DNA of 63,256 nucleotides, counting the filler, from Sphacelaria rigidula (taxonomy: Eukaryota): NCBI GenBank assembly GCA_964200075.2. It is 9 parts of 9 records of this genome, joined end to end, with 100 filler letters (N's around TTAATTAATTAA, not from the genome) between each part and the next. Parts side by side here need not be neighbours in the genome. Positions count along the whole stretch, not along the records: positions 49,279 to 56,217 come from CAXNAA020017308.1; positions 56,318 to 63,256 come from CAXNAA020017309.1; 7 more parts are not named here. One strand, given 5' to 3'. Position numbers and translations under genes: made by a program. Positions 49,279 through 62,204 of the stretch are shown here, piece by piece. Below the pieces are notes generated by a model, which had not been told where the DNA came from, searched no databases, and saw only the letters and a program-made list of their open reading frames with translations. Numbering within the stretch: the stretch's first letter is position 1; the number at the start of each line of letters is the position of its first letter.

Positions 49279-52200
49279 CCCCCCCCTATCGTAGGATGAC
49301 TCAGTTGGTGAGTACTCATCCCGGATGTAGTGCTGATGATGAATGTGCTCTCAAATCAAATCCCCCCCCCCCCAAAGCTTGGCACACGCACAAAACCTCA
49401 TCAGCTTTCAAAACGACGTCGGTGGACGGGAGGAGTCGTGCCGATCGTGTGTCCCAACACCAATCGCGCAGCAGCGGTAACGCTCCGACCACCGAAGGGT
49501 CCTAACCGTGAGGGATATTTCCCACGCACGCACACGCCGATCGTTGACGAGGGGCGTGAATAGTGTAGCTATAAAACATATGAGGGTGTGGACTTACCGA
49601 GGCAGTGAAATGCTCAAATAGCGCCCTCCTTCCGCTCGTGCAAGGTCCTCGTTTATTCGATGAAAGCTTTCCCACCGTGACGTGCATCCTTCTGCACGCC
49701 GTGGCCCCCTTCCTCGAACTCTCCACAGAGGGGTCTCACCACAGGGGAGCGCATCTTTTGTTTCCTGCCTGTGCATCCTAGGGGTCGCCTGTCGACGGGA
49801 GAGACACCCGGGTGTCTTTGTGGGCAGCATCACAAGACTGTCGGCGTCAAAGGTGCGCCTCTGTGGCAGGGTCGCCGTCGCAGAGGGTTTGAGGGGAGGT
49901 GGGATAATGCTCGTTACCGGCGAACCAGCGTTAGGCGTTCAATGGCGCCCTCGTCCATCACAGCCGGAACGTCTGCCAGGGATAGCTCCCTTGGCGTACA
50001 CCCGCCCCATTCTACCTTGTACGAGTATCGGCGAGAAGTGTCATGAAATGATTGCCCGACGACACGTCGCTCAAATAACTTGGCTCCTTTCCAAGCGGGC
50101 GTCGCACGGCGCCGTCCCTCGACGTATACGATGGGCGCGCGAATTCTCCGCTGGATTATCGTTCCCTCGGGAAACATGCCGTGCGCTTTCACCGGGGCTC
50201 TGGCGACGTCGGAAACATCGAGAGAGGTGTGAGGATGGTCAACGAACGCCGTGGATGGATTCAAGGACATCAACACAGCATTGCTGCGAGCACCCTTAAT
50301 CGAAACCGTCGTCAGCTGCCACTTGGATGTATCCCTCCTGCTTTGCGTCATGTATGCAGACATCGGCGTGCCCAGAGCCGCAAAACTCGCAAGAGGGATA
50401 GTGCGTAGGTTCCGGTGGCTGACCGTCTGCGAGGTAACACAAAACCGCCGCCCTCCTCCGTCAATGGCCTGCTGGATGTCGTGAATCCACACCATGATGT
50501 CCCCCGCATCGAACATTCCATCCGAGGAGAAGGCTCTGTCCCATGGGGATGGCGCTTGACGTGCGATCACAACAGGGACAATATCCTGGCCCTTGCTTTC
50601 GCTCGCGTTCACGCGGATAAGCGCCGTGGACCCATAAGGTAAGCCCTCTTGCATGCGTGTGAAGGTGGTTTCCATCTCCACCTCCCGGTCGCTGATGGCC
50701 TCATCTGGGTCGCGCCGCCGCGACCATTCCATCGGTGCCGAAATCACGCCACGCCGGATAAGTGGACACAGGTGCCCCTCCCCGGTGCGGCATCTTTGGC
50801 ATCTTCTTAATTACAGACATGAGTGATCGGCACACGTCAAGTGACGGTGAGCATGAGCGCAAGTACAGTTGACTCTTTCCGGGGTCGACGACTCATCCTA
50901 CGACGATGGGGAGGGGGTACTCATTATCCTCCATGTCGTGGTAATGTGACCATAGACATCGCGTCCGTACAAAGCCCGGGCGGAGCACGCTTGGTTTCGT
51001 CCGACCCGACTCGCAATCAATCACCCGTCGCGAAGTGTCGCGGAGTGCTTGGCGGGTCGCATGAAGGGCGAGCGGCATCCTGCTAACATTGTTCCGCTCG
51101 AAGTGTGTTGATTTCTTCTTTTGGATGACAGTCTCTAGTGAGTTGGTTCATGTTATGGTATCACGACTTCTATAGACAGCCACGGCTTATACACTGCGTC
51201 ATGGGAGTCTTGCCATTTAAACACTAGGCAACATGATCATGTCTTCTGCGCCGACTTGAGGTTTTCCCCATCAGCACAATTTCATCCGGCCCGAGTACGA
51301 TCGTGGTTACCGCGAAACACCCCACTAGTAGCGGTTGAACACAAGTGGTAACCTGGTTGCCTACTTTGCGCATTGAGTGGCGTGTTTTATATCGTGAGCG
51401 ACAACAGACGCCAACCCCACCGGGGGGGTCCGCCCCTGCTATGTCGGGACGGAGCACGCCGGGCTTTCGCCGGGCGACCGTGTCGATGAAGGGGGGTGGG
51501 TGGGGGGTATCTCTGAGCATCCCTCTTCGGAAGTAGGCATGAATGCTTAGGTCAATGCGATGGCCATCGATATATATATATCACTCATTCCTACCTCTGG
51601 ACACCGCATTGATTGAGATACAATTGCACCGTGAGTGGTGTAGGTCGTGCGACACACCGACAAGCCTCTTACTGTCGAATAAAGAATCCCCCTGTAACGT
51701 AGGGTGGGCCCGATGGCTACATTTCGAGATGAGCCTGTCTCGAGGGTAAGTGTGGCATCCATCTTCCATCCCGTCGATAAAGTGCCCGCGATCATTAGCG
51801 GAAAACACTTCAGTCGAAGACTGTGAACTCCGATAATACCGCCTATATCGATTGTGCAGTCGTTAGGCTTCGTACTCACCCGCAAGATAGTTGGTACGAG
51901 ACCACCACTCCCGGCGTGGACGTTGCTGCGATTCGAAACAGATACATGTAGCTGCTGACATGGATGGCCATCCGGGATGTTTCAGCACTAGGACGTGTTG
52001 CAGCAACCTCCGTCTTATGGACGAGTAACACCTTGCGTCCGAGAAGTGTGTTCTTCTGTTTCGTCAATGCGAAGCATCTTGTCGCCTCGTTCGTGTCCCG
52101 TGCTCCGCACGCGTTTTACGGAGGAAAACCGGGTGGGCAAGCTCGTGAGAAAACTCTTCTTCGATCTATGTTGGCATTTTGGGGGTGTAACTCGGGCCAT

Positions 52201-52312
52201 GGCTCTCACATGTCATGAATCATCATACACGCTCGTCATATACATCTGTGCTCTCCTCCAATTGCGTCATGAACCCACCGGCGCTCGGCGGTGCCTGCCT
52301 CAAAACGTGACG

Positions 52313-53149
52313 CTACGGAACGAAACTCACCACATTTATCGTCGCCATCAGCACCTGACCCCTGCCCATTGTACCGGAGAACTGGTGTATCTCGGCGCCG
52401 TTGGCCTTGCGAAGCTCGAAGCCAAGCTCTAGCGCAATCTTTTCGTAAAGATCGAACGAACTCAGGATCCGCATCTTCCCTGTCACGACCTGGTGCCTTA
52501 TAAAGGTCTTCACGACGCCGCCCTCGCCGTCTGACACGCTCTTGCCGTGACATGCGGCGAAGTAAAAGGCTTCAATATGAAGGCATCGGGTTGGGTCGCC
52601 GGCGACATACACTTTGCAGTCCCCGATGTATTTGAATGCCTTGGCGCATTTGAAGTGCTTCCCGTCGTTATCACTAGCGGTGGTAGCGCGTGTCATGGGT
52701 GCTGCGCCTACTCTCTCAAGCATAGTCGGGATTTCCGTTCGAAGCAGTCTGTTGAATGTGTGCTGTACCCACGCATTGTCTTGTGAGCTGTCGTCGCTCA
52801 GTACGATAAACGAGTATACCCATACTTTGCCATGGCGCCTGAAGAAGATCGGAACGGGGAATAGAGTGGTGGAGTCGCGATTCCAGTGCTGAGACTGCAC
52901 CTCGTCCTACTCATCGTGCGTATAGCGCTCTTGGAAGTCGGCGACGAGGATGACGTGCCCGTCTTCGAGGGTGGCAATCATTATATCGAACGCCACTCTC
53001 TGCATATATTTTTGTCGCCGGTGAGGAAAGAGGCGGAGTGCAGTGGACCTCATATCCGCGAAAAAATTATCCACAGAACCACTTCTCCAATCCACCGCCT
53101 GCTCCGATGTTGGGGGTCGTACAGGCGAGGGACACCACGAGGCCAGCAA
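52313..53149 (-). pseudogene. DDD/E transposase catalytic core, Sola2-like, with one in-frame stop
   Basis: VILVADFQERYTHDE*DEVQSQHW...TLFP...SFIVLSDDSSQD...SDNDGKHFK...YFAACHGKSVSDGEGGVVK matches the DFxENY/QSxHW, SD and HGKxxxDGxGGxVK pattern I recall for Sola2-type transposases. Confidence 0.8.
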
Positions 53150-53772
53150 TCTTAGAACAACTATATCGAGCGTTGTTGCTCCGAAGTCGGAATATGTGTA
53201 TAGTCTGTGTATATTGTAAACCCGTCTCTGTTACCGTAGTCGGCACGGCCAGGATATGTGAGGAGTGACGCTACGGTGGGGTCGCACGAACTTGTTTTGT
53301 GGGAAACAAATCTCAGAAGCTATTCATCTCGGCCCACACACGAGAATCATGGAGTATGTGTGAGAGCGTCTGCCAGGGTGACTACCTCAATGGGCTTTGT
53401 ATATCCCGCTTGGATTTGCAAACGGGGGTGCCCTCACTCGTGTCCCCATGCATCTATAAGTTGCACCAGGAGTCCCTGAGGCAGGTGAAGGCTTCCGCAA
53501 AAAAGTGCATCTGCACTGTAGCGTTGCTCTTTCGGGCTTCGGGCAATAGGTGGGAACGATGAGGATGTAGTCGCGGGCGTTCAGTGCCTATGAGTGGACC
53601 GGTCGTGGCAAGGTTATGAGACCTTAATCCCTTGTTTTTTCAGTTGTCGTGTGTGTGCGGGCGGGGTGTCGTATTTGTGACCATTTAAGGTGTGCGTGAG
53701 CTCAAACCTCAACACCGCGGCGTGCCCTGTTGTTATCTTGCAGCATTGTCATCGATCAACATTGCAACGCAC

Positions 53773-54500
53773 CTTCCGAGGGGGTGAATCTCTGTTCACT
53801 CCTCGCGGCTCCCACGAGTCGCCGCCGTCGTTGTCCCCGTGTGTTGCACGCCGCTCCCCCCTCCGCGATGGCGGGATCTCTTTACGCCTCTCGTCGATGG
53901 CGACGAAGGCCTCCCATCGAAGTTCGCGTTGTTGACCGAGTCCTCCATCTTCAGCGGCATTCCGGTGGGCCTGTCGATGGCGAGGGCAGTGGAAGAATGC
54001 GCTTTGCCGCTTCCCGCATTCCGGGCAATGTCCCATGACGCACGTGTTTGTGTGTGCCGCGATATCATTCCCCCCTTCGGTCCTGTACAGTCGGACCTTC
54101 TCGCAGAGGAGGCGGTCACACAGCGAGCCCATACTGAAGACGTCCTTCACGCTTGACGTTGGGAGGAATGTTTGACAACCACCGTCTGCGCATAGGTCGC
54201 AATGCCAAGTGCACTGCGAGCCCGGTGTGTCCCCGCGATGAAGCTGTGGCCATAGACGTACTAGCGACTTCATAATAAGCTTGCCCTTGTAGCAGTGTGA
54301 GCATAGACGACATCGAAAAGACTGCCTGATGACGTTGAATGGCAGCAGCTTGTCGAACGTGCCTCTCGATACGCGGTCGGTCTCCGACTTTCCCTCTATG
54401 AACTGGGGCCATACAGCATGGACATGGCGGGAATGGAGCATCGGGGGTAGGTCGCGGGGTCTCAGTGTGGCAGTGTGCGTTATGTGATATACCAACCGTC
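53773..54500 (-). pseudogene. Cys-rich upstream exon of the same transposase
   Basis: VSRGTFDKLLPFNV...CRLCSHC...LLC...CVMGHCPECG, bounded by a probable CAG acceptor (about 54500) and an AAG|GTGCGT donor (about 53773). Confidence 0.65.
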
Positions 54501-56217
54501 CTGGGGGGGTGACGTGTGTTCACAATCAGTCGGGTTGGCGGGGATACAGACTTTGTATCCGGTGTCCAACGACTGGGCCTACAGACGAGAGGTTCATACG
54601 TCATCGGTCACAAAGGGTTCAGGAACTACGCGTCGTTGGTCAAAGCTGAATGTCATTCTGCCGTTAATGACGACAGGGTGGCATCCTGAAATACACACAC
54701 ATATATATATACACATATTTTTGGGTGTTCATATCTATAAGCGGGCGGCCTGCTCACCGCATCCGCAAGTGACTTGCACACGGTTTCATGCAAGTCCATC
54801 ACCGACCCAAGCATGTATCGTACGCTCCGGGTTGGGCACCTCTCCGGTTGGAGGCACTCCAGCGATCGGTGGACAAGAGATCGGCGATGAAAACCGGGTC
54901 TGTAGTCGTGCTTCGTCTTAGTGTCGCTGGGGGAGGGCTGCGTATTGTCGTCGATGATGTCCCTTGCCGAAGCGGGTGCTTTACGGCAGCGAGTGTCGAA
55001 GCAGTCACTGCGCCTTGCACGTTTCCCGGTGCTGTCACGTGAGTTCGCCATCAAAAGTATTGGTCTGGTGAGAACTTGTTTTCTTTTTTTTTGCCGCCGC
55101 AGTTTCTAATTTCAGCATACCTTTTCACGGCCGTCCGACGCGAAATGCATCTGAACACACCTGTCCGTTCAGATTGTTTATACTATGGGGGATATCACAA
55201 CCGTCTCCACAACAATAAACGCGCCACACACGTACGTCGATTATTCCAGCGTGTACTTGCAGTTCCGTGGCGTCCTCCGTGCTCGACGCTCGTTTTCTTC
55301 TTTCTGAACAATCACGGTAGTAACCCTTCTGGATCGGCCCGAAGGCGCGCGCGAGACTGCCATGGGTCACATCGTCTCCACATGCGGCGGCGATGAGTAT
55401 GCGGCGTGCATGGGAGCCTTGTGTGGAGGCAACGATGGAAGGACGACACAGCCACTCGTTCATCTCCCTCAACGCACGAATGATTGGGGTGAGATCTTCA
55501 CTCGACGCCCCTAGTTCGTCGACAACACCCCATCAGTGGAAACACCGGAAATATTTATGCCGTATGAGCTCCTGAATGACGAGGTGACGGGTGTTGGCTT
55601 CTGACATGGTCCTGCCGCTTCGCGTTTGACGTCAGGCCTGAACTGCATCATCGATGGACTTGACCACCTGTGCCACTATCGCATCCGTTCTACCGCGTTT
55701 ATTTTCCACTATCTCAGCAGGCGCGTCGGGCGTACTGGGGAGGTGTTGGGGATAGCAATAGCAACAAGACGGCAAGTTCGATTATGGTGGGTCGGGGACG
55801 CGTCGGTTTGACAAATCGGAGTAACTGCGTATGTCGATGAGTGCTTCCTTCCGTCGAAACTCTGTCATATATGTGATGATGTCCTCAAAGCACAAGGAAG
55901 ATAAAAGTGGATGGGAGTGGCGACCGCGTTCCAACGCGCATGCTGCAAGGGCGTGGGGCGGACAAGGCGAGCACGGCGCACCATTCCCGATTGGCTACCC
56001 CCCATCATATTAGCTCCTTCACGGTACTGATGCTTGAGTACACTCCATACTGTGGTATGAAGGAATCACAGAGACCGGCAGCAGTCTGGTGCTCATTGGC
56101 GACGATCCGTGCAGCACACGTGATGGTATCGAGTGATGCTCGTATCGGCTGGGGGGTGGGGGGGGGGGGGGGAAGACTTGGTCGACGTTGAGGGATTGCG
56201 TGGGGCAAACCCTATCG

Positions 56218-56317
56218 NNNNNNNNNNNNNNNNNNNNNNNNNNNNNNNNNNNNNNNNNNNNTTAATTAATTAANNNNNNNNNNNNNNNNNNNNNNNNNNN
56301 NNNNNNNNNNNNNNNNN
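56218..56317. other. Artificial contig spacer
   Basis: N44-TTAATTAATTAA-N44. Confidence 0.99.
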
Positions 56318-56895
56318 TTCGTTCTTAAGCTTTGTTTTTCAAGCCCCACTTGAAGAATTTTCTAACGCATTATATGCGTGTTTTATGCACATTTTTCGCG
56401 TCCTTGTTGTGGCGTTGTGGCAATATCCCCTCACGACGAGGCGCCCCTTAGAGCGTGAATGGGGACAAGACGACAAGTTGGACTTCTAAGTTTTTGTGTT
56501 TAGTTTTTCATAGAAAATGAAGCCATTCGAAGTTTTGATGTTCGCTTTTGATTAGAGAATGAAACATTGCTTGTGCCATTGAGTTTGATGTCCACAACGT
56601 GCACACTTGCACCCTAACCCATTGACGAAAACAAGATATACCGCTATACTACTGCATAGGGGGGTCTCCACTGAGAACATGGCGCATGACTAATCTGACA
56701 GATGTTGTCAAATCACCGGACGCGCCTGCCATCGTTCCAACGACGAACATTACATGGTCAACAAATTATGCAGTACTCGTCGAGACAGTCGCGTATGAGA
56801 AACAGCCGCACACCCCCGTGCGCCCCTCAGAGGGAGCTTCGGTGCCAAGACCTACATCCTTGTGCATCGTCACATCCACCTTTTGCCTGTCTTAC

Positions 56896-57090
56896 CCCAA
56901 GAGGCTCGCGAGTCCTGGTCTTCTTCGTCTTTTCTTCCCCTCCTGGCTGTTCGCCGGCTCTCTTCTTGCCCTTTTTCTCGGAGTCGGAGGGAGAGCAGCC
57001 CTCGTCATCGTCTCCATCTCTCTGTTTCCCCGTTTCATCGGTACCAGTCTCATCATCCGTCTGGGATAGGTCAATTTCTTGTTTCACGTG
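56896..57090 (-). CDS. Probable exon encoding an acidic/basic low-complexity segment of an unknown protein
   Basis: CAG|HVKQEIDLSQTDDE...KKGKKRAGEQPGGEEKTKKTRTREPLG|GTAAGA, 195 nt, phase 0-0. Confidence 0.55.
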
Positions 57091-57344
57091 CTGAGCGGTG
57101 AATCGCCCCGTGGGTGGTGCCCCTCCTCCCGTTCGTTGATAGTATGAGAACAAGGGGCAGTAGAGTGCAGATGAGAAATGGAGTACAAATGATCGCTTCG
57201 GGGAAAGGGAGACAGAGGGCCTAATGATTTTCGAAATATAATAGTACAAGTCCGGTTGAATATGAAACCAGTGCGGTATGGGGAAATGGGGATTAAAATC
57301 CGGCTGCCAAGGTAACGTCCTTTTTTTTTCTGTTCACCCTACTA

Positions 57345-57616
57345 TTCCTACCCCTTCTTCAGAACGAGTCCCCAGAACTCAAGGGGTCAACCCGCCTCTC
57401 CCCCACAGTACGCCTTGCATATTGGTATCGCGACTAGGATCAGCGTTCCCGCACAGCATCGACCGCCGTCGAATACATTCGCGCTGCTGGTCACATCCAA
57501 ACGCTTTCAACAACGGAAGTCAGATACTTCTCAGCGGAACCCCTCATCTGCCGGGATCCGCGTCCCCAATCTTTCAGTCTAACAACTATCAGTTCCGCAC
57601 TTAGATCTCCGGGGCG
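57345..57616 (-). mobile_element. SINE-like family B copy
   Basis: The body is colinear with 59979-60170 (GAACGAGTCC...ACGGAAGTCAGAT). A degenerate tRNA-like head lies near 57616. Confidence 0.55.
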
Positions 57617-58157
57617 TGGTGGTGGTATATGCATTTGTGCGTATCTCCATGACCAGGCCCACAGCACGTACTAATGGATGGTGCGGAGGTATTGACCGCA
57701 GGGTTGCTCCTGGCAGCTTTTTTCCCGGCAGCATTTCCAGCAGCAGTATCGCTCGCTGGCTGCACCATGTTCTCAGTCTTGCAGCAGTTCATTAGCCCTT
57801 TTTGAAGTCTGTTGCCCGGTCACAATCGTCGGAGTCTCGACCGACGCAATTCCACAACAAGAACAGCGTGACAGTGGATGGGAGTCGCATAAAAAAACAA
57901 CAGAAAACAGAGTGCGGTAGTCAAGGATTTGACCAAGGGATCGTTAAAACGAGACGAAGTGACCTCTCCCTCCGGAGTGTCGGAATTCGAAAGATGAGGG
58001 AAGGGGCGGAGTGGCCGTTAATATATCATGCTGAGTGATGTGCAAAAAATAGGCTGTTTTCAATCTACCATCGAATAGTCGACGCATCTAAGAGTACGGG
58101 GCACAGGTCGCTTGGTTCGAGCGTGTGGTGAGGGAGCTGCTCTACTTGAGCTATATA

Positions 58158-59614
58158 CGAGTTGGGCCAGCCTAGATCTGTAGGTTATAGATCCATTCTC
58201 ACCTCCACTTTGACGGTCGGACTTTCAAATTTGGCACGAAGAGTTAATACACAGGATGGAAAAAATCATTTGAGACGTTATGGTCTCTCATGAGGTATGG
58301 GGAAAACTGAGATCAAGTTTTCTCTCAAGCGTCGGTGAGTCATGGAAAGTTAAATCTGGAGGTCCCAAACCTTCTTTAATTTTGCCCTTCTGGTTCTTCA
58401 TACCAAATTTGAAATTCCAACTCTCATAATCGAGGCGACACGAAGTGGGCCACCCTAGATCAGATCTGTAGGTTGTAGATCCATTCTCACCTCCACTTCG
58501 ACAGTTGGACTTCCGAATTTGACATGAAGAATTAGTGTACATGATAGAATTGAAAAAGTTGGGGCGTTGAGCTCTCTTCTTCATGAGATATGGGCAAAAC
58601 CGAGATCAAGTTTTCTCTCACGCGTCCGTGACTCATGGAAAATTAAATCCGGAGATCCCAAATCTTCTTCAACTGTGCCATGTTGGTTTTCCATACCAAA
58701 TTTGAAATTCGAACTCTCATGATTGAGATGATAGCGGGCGATTTAGAGCCTGGACCAGTCGATATTCTGAACATCATTTTGCAGGCCATTTTGGGGTAAG
58801 AATCGCTAGGGCATAAATAAAAAATGGATCACGTTGATCTATGTGTTTTTCTATGAGTTGAGGGGGTTCTAGTGTAGTAAGGAGAAAACTCACAAGAACG
58901 TCCTCAAGTCGCGAAAAACAAATGAATCACGGTTATAAAAATCGAGCTGAGAAACTGAGTTAACCCTCAGACGACCAGAGTGGTACGTCATCTGTCAGAT
59001 CGTTATCAATTTCACTTGAAAAAAGTGTGCATAATCCAGATGGGCTACCCTCCTCGCGGTCCAAGAGTAAAAACACCAGAAACGACCCCCATTTTCACAA
59101 AAGTATCCTTAAATAATGAGGAATAAATACCAAGGTCCTGGACGCTTTTCTTAACTTTCCCCTTGCGATACTCCATGCGAAATTTCAAAGCACTACTCTC
59201 AAAACTGAGACGTGAAATCCAGATTTAGTACGTTTCGTATCTCTGCTCGTAACACATCGAGTTCCGTATGGAATCGTGAGCCACATCTCTCAAAACATAT
59301 ATCGGATGAGGAGAAGGTAAGGGTATTGATCGTTTCCCCGTGCCCCAGGGAACGTTGACGCTCAAAACCATCATCCGCTGTACATGTCATTCAGGGTTTC
59401 ATATAGACTTTGTTATGGACCTTATCTCCGTATGGTAAAATTAATCGATGACGTTTCATCAACGAGAATCAAATGACCCAGGCTTTTGAGCAGATGGGTA
59501 TCTTCCCCTTGATTAGACGACGAAAACAATATTGTGCGGGTAACGATCTACTTTGTCTGTGTCGATCAGATATGGCTGTCACAGCTTAAACCCGTTTTGA
59601 TGCTGGCCCAGCTC
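58158..59614. mobile_element. TA-flanked TIR element (CGAGCTGGGCCAG family) with a duplicated left end and a nested MITE
   Basis: TA|CGAGTTGGGCCAGCC ... GCTGGCCCAGCTC. The first about 283 bp repeat from 58441. Confidence 0.8.
58964..59067 (+). mobile_element. About 100-bp piggyBac-type MITE
   Basis: TTAA|CCCTCAGAC...TCAATTTCACTTGAAAAAAG...CTCGCGGTCCAAGAG|TAAA. Confidence 0.75.
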
Positions 59615-59696
59615 TCGGGCACTGACCTGATCTTAGTGTAGTCATCGTTTTCTCCTCTACTTGTTCTCCATTCTACCTCCCCACCCCCCCCTTCCC

Positions 59697-59978
59697 CAAC
59701 GGTACGTGCTAGAGGGGGAAATGAATTCGTTTGATGCATGACAGCAGGGAGAAAACGATGGCTATACTAGGAGATAGATGGTGGCCAGAGACGGCGAAAC
59801 AGGACGGGGATAAGATAATATGTAAAGGGTTCTTGTATAATGTATGGAAGAAACGTAATGAGCGCCGGAATATTGACGGTGTCTCTATTCGTAGGAACGG
59901 TGCTCCGTTAGAAAGGGATGCGTGGTCGATGGCCACACAACTGAGGCAAGCAACAAATGAGTACGCCCTCGCCCCCCG
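59697..59978 (+). mobile_element. Longest LINE 3' fragment, with C-rich tail and 11-bp TSD
   Basis: Encodes DSREKTMAILGDRWWPETAKQDGDKI.CKGFLYNVWKKRNER. CCCCCCTTCCC occurs at 59686-59696 and 59979-59989. Confidence 0.85.
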
Positions 59979-60328
59979 CCCCCCTTCCCTCGGAACGAGT
60001 CCATGGTCTCTAGGAATTAACCCATCTCTCCCCCGGTACACGCCTTACGTTTTGGTGTCGCGGAGTGGATCGCCAATCCCCCATCGCGTCGACTGTTGCC
60101 TGACAAACTTGGTAAAATATTCTCCTTTGCTGCTCACGCCCTCACGTTTCCAACGACGGAAGTCAGATGCTTTTGAGAAAAAAAATTCAACAGGATGCAT
60201 CTGGCCAGAATCGAACCCCTGTTTTCCCCGCCTTGATGATCCGAGATGCAGCTAATGTGTGACGGAAATCAATCATCTCTCAATCCAATCAACGGAGTTA
60301 GCTGTACCATTGGACCATCGGCGCGCGG
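59979..60328 (-). mobile_element. SINE-like family B element with tRNA-like head and G-rich tail
   Basis: The minus strand starts GCGCCGATGGTCCAATGGTA (A-box-like), has GGGTTCGATTCT (B-box-like) and ends GAGGGAAGGGGGG. Confidence 0.55.
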
Positions 60329-62154
60329 AATGACGATGATGATCAACACCGCGAGGCGCACGACATCGACATGTTTCTATAGCCTGGTACACAGCTGAAG
60401 CTTGAACCCCTGTTCGCATGGGCTACTGCAATAGCCCACAGAGCACGTCTTCTGGTATACGGTACCAAAGGAAGTCATCGCATCTCGGCTACTATTAGAG
60501 GCTTCAGCACCAGTGTACGGGACATTTTGATCCCTTTTTTCTCCAGTACATGTCACATCTATAATGCGCGGGAGGACCATGTGATTTTTTGCACTGCATC
60601 GGAAATTGAACACCCCATGATCGACGTGTTTCAAGACCACTCGGGCCACTCCCTGCAAGGACCGCGCCCCTGACCCTGACCCTAACACCAACCCGAACCC
60701 TAACCTTGACTCTAGGAATGTTGAAATTCCGATGCGGTCCAAAACACACGCGATCCTTCCACGCATCACAAAATCCATACGAAAAGCCACGTGCTCTTTG
60801 TCGGAGTTCTGGAGGGGATGGAGTGTGTGGTTGGCATATTTCTAGTGGGACAGACATGTAGGCTAATGAGAGAGAGCAAGGTGAGACACCGTTTATCGAT
60901 ACCGTAGTGGCAGTACAGGCACCGTAGGTTCGATGCCGACGCATGGCTGGAGACTCTCGCTCTCTGCACGGTATGTTGGTCGTGCGCCTCCACCAAGTAC
61001 AGCAGCGTCACTTTATACTCATTCTACAGTATAGTCTCAACTCACGACAATTTCTTCGGTAGGTGGGTATAAATGGCGGGTATTACAATTAGCTGTCCCC
61101 TCTGTGTGTGGGCCAAGAAGCACCTCGACAACAACCGCGTGCCAAAACCTAGGAACCCTTCTGATGAAAAGTATCCCTGATGCAACTGTCCACCGTCCAC
61201 ACGCGCTGTGCGCGCTTTGCAGATCAACTTATTGTGCAAGAAGTGCAGCTAAACATCACCCGCAGGCGTGAAAGAGGTAGTTATTGTGGTAAGCCACATT
61301 TATCGCGAAACCACACTATTTTTCACTGATTTTGACCTCATGTAGACAAGAGCTCTTAAATAGTCCTGAATGGAGCATCGATCTGCCCATCAACTTACAG
61401 TACTCTGGGCTTTCATTTCAGCACATGAAAAATCCTCGCACGTCGTGCTCACCTGCGAAAACTGCGAGCCTCGTATTTGCGGCCGCGCCTTCGCTCTGTA
61501 CAGCGATGTGTGGTGTCCACTTGCAAGCAATCGGTTGTTCCAACGCAGAGATCCAGTAAAAGTGAAAACAGTGTTGTTGTAGTAGAGTGGGTGCCCCCAA
61601 GTGTGCGCCTCTGCTGCTGTGCCGAGCGCCTTTCCCAGTTTGTTCACAATGCGGTCATGTTCGTTCCTCTTGACGGTTTGAATTCTGCAGGGAAATAAAT
61701 GCGGTGAGATTTTTTGTAGCGAGGCGTGTCGAGAAAAAGATCGACGGGATACAATATCTGCTGCGTGTTCATAATTCGTGACATCGATACTCGAAACGAT
61801 AGGTCGTATCGCGTGATATCGCGCGATATCGGATGCAAGTGCGAGTATGGTGTCGGGAAATCCGTCTTGGTATAGTACAGTAGAAGGTTGGGTTTTCGCG
61901 CGTTGATCACACCCCTGTGCAGTCGATCCAATACGTGTCAGACGATCGACTTCATTATATCACTTCTTGGTTCTTGCTTGTTGAAGGCACCCCTGTTCGA
62001 TTACTCTTACGTGTCCGATGACCCGTAGTTTTTCGTCGCCATAGTAGATCGCTAAGACTCGATGAACAGACCGAGATATGTGTGTGTACAAGTGTGCATG
62101 GTGGGACGTTTTTACCATATCCCATGCGTCCCACATGCACCACTGATTTCTTAG

Positions 62155-62155
<1 letters not shown>

Positions 62156-62203
<48 letters not shown>
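62156..62203. repeat. (CAA)n microsatellite
   Basis: Directly visible. Confidence 0.97.

Positions 62204-62204
<1 letters not shown>

Larger units (their letters stand above)
49914..55070 (-). mobile_element. Decayed intron-containing Sola2-like DNA transposon gene (termini not seen)
   Basis: A series of same-strand coding blocks (about 54840-55070, 53773-54500, 52313-53149, 49914-50800) with splice-like boundaries. The last block starts CQRCRTGEGHLC. Confidence 0.6.

Noticed and set aside
57672-57768. First exon (MVQPASDTAAG...) for the 56896-57090 exon
   Set aside because: The best-looking donor is in phase 1 while the downstream exon is phase 0, so the link is unsupported.
60668-60708. 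Telomere (also TTAGGG x2 at about 34290)
   Set aside because: Only a few degenerate CCCTAA-like units, internal to the contig.
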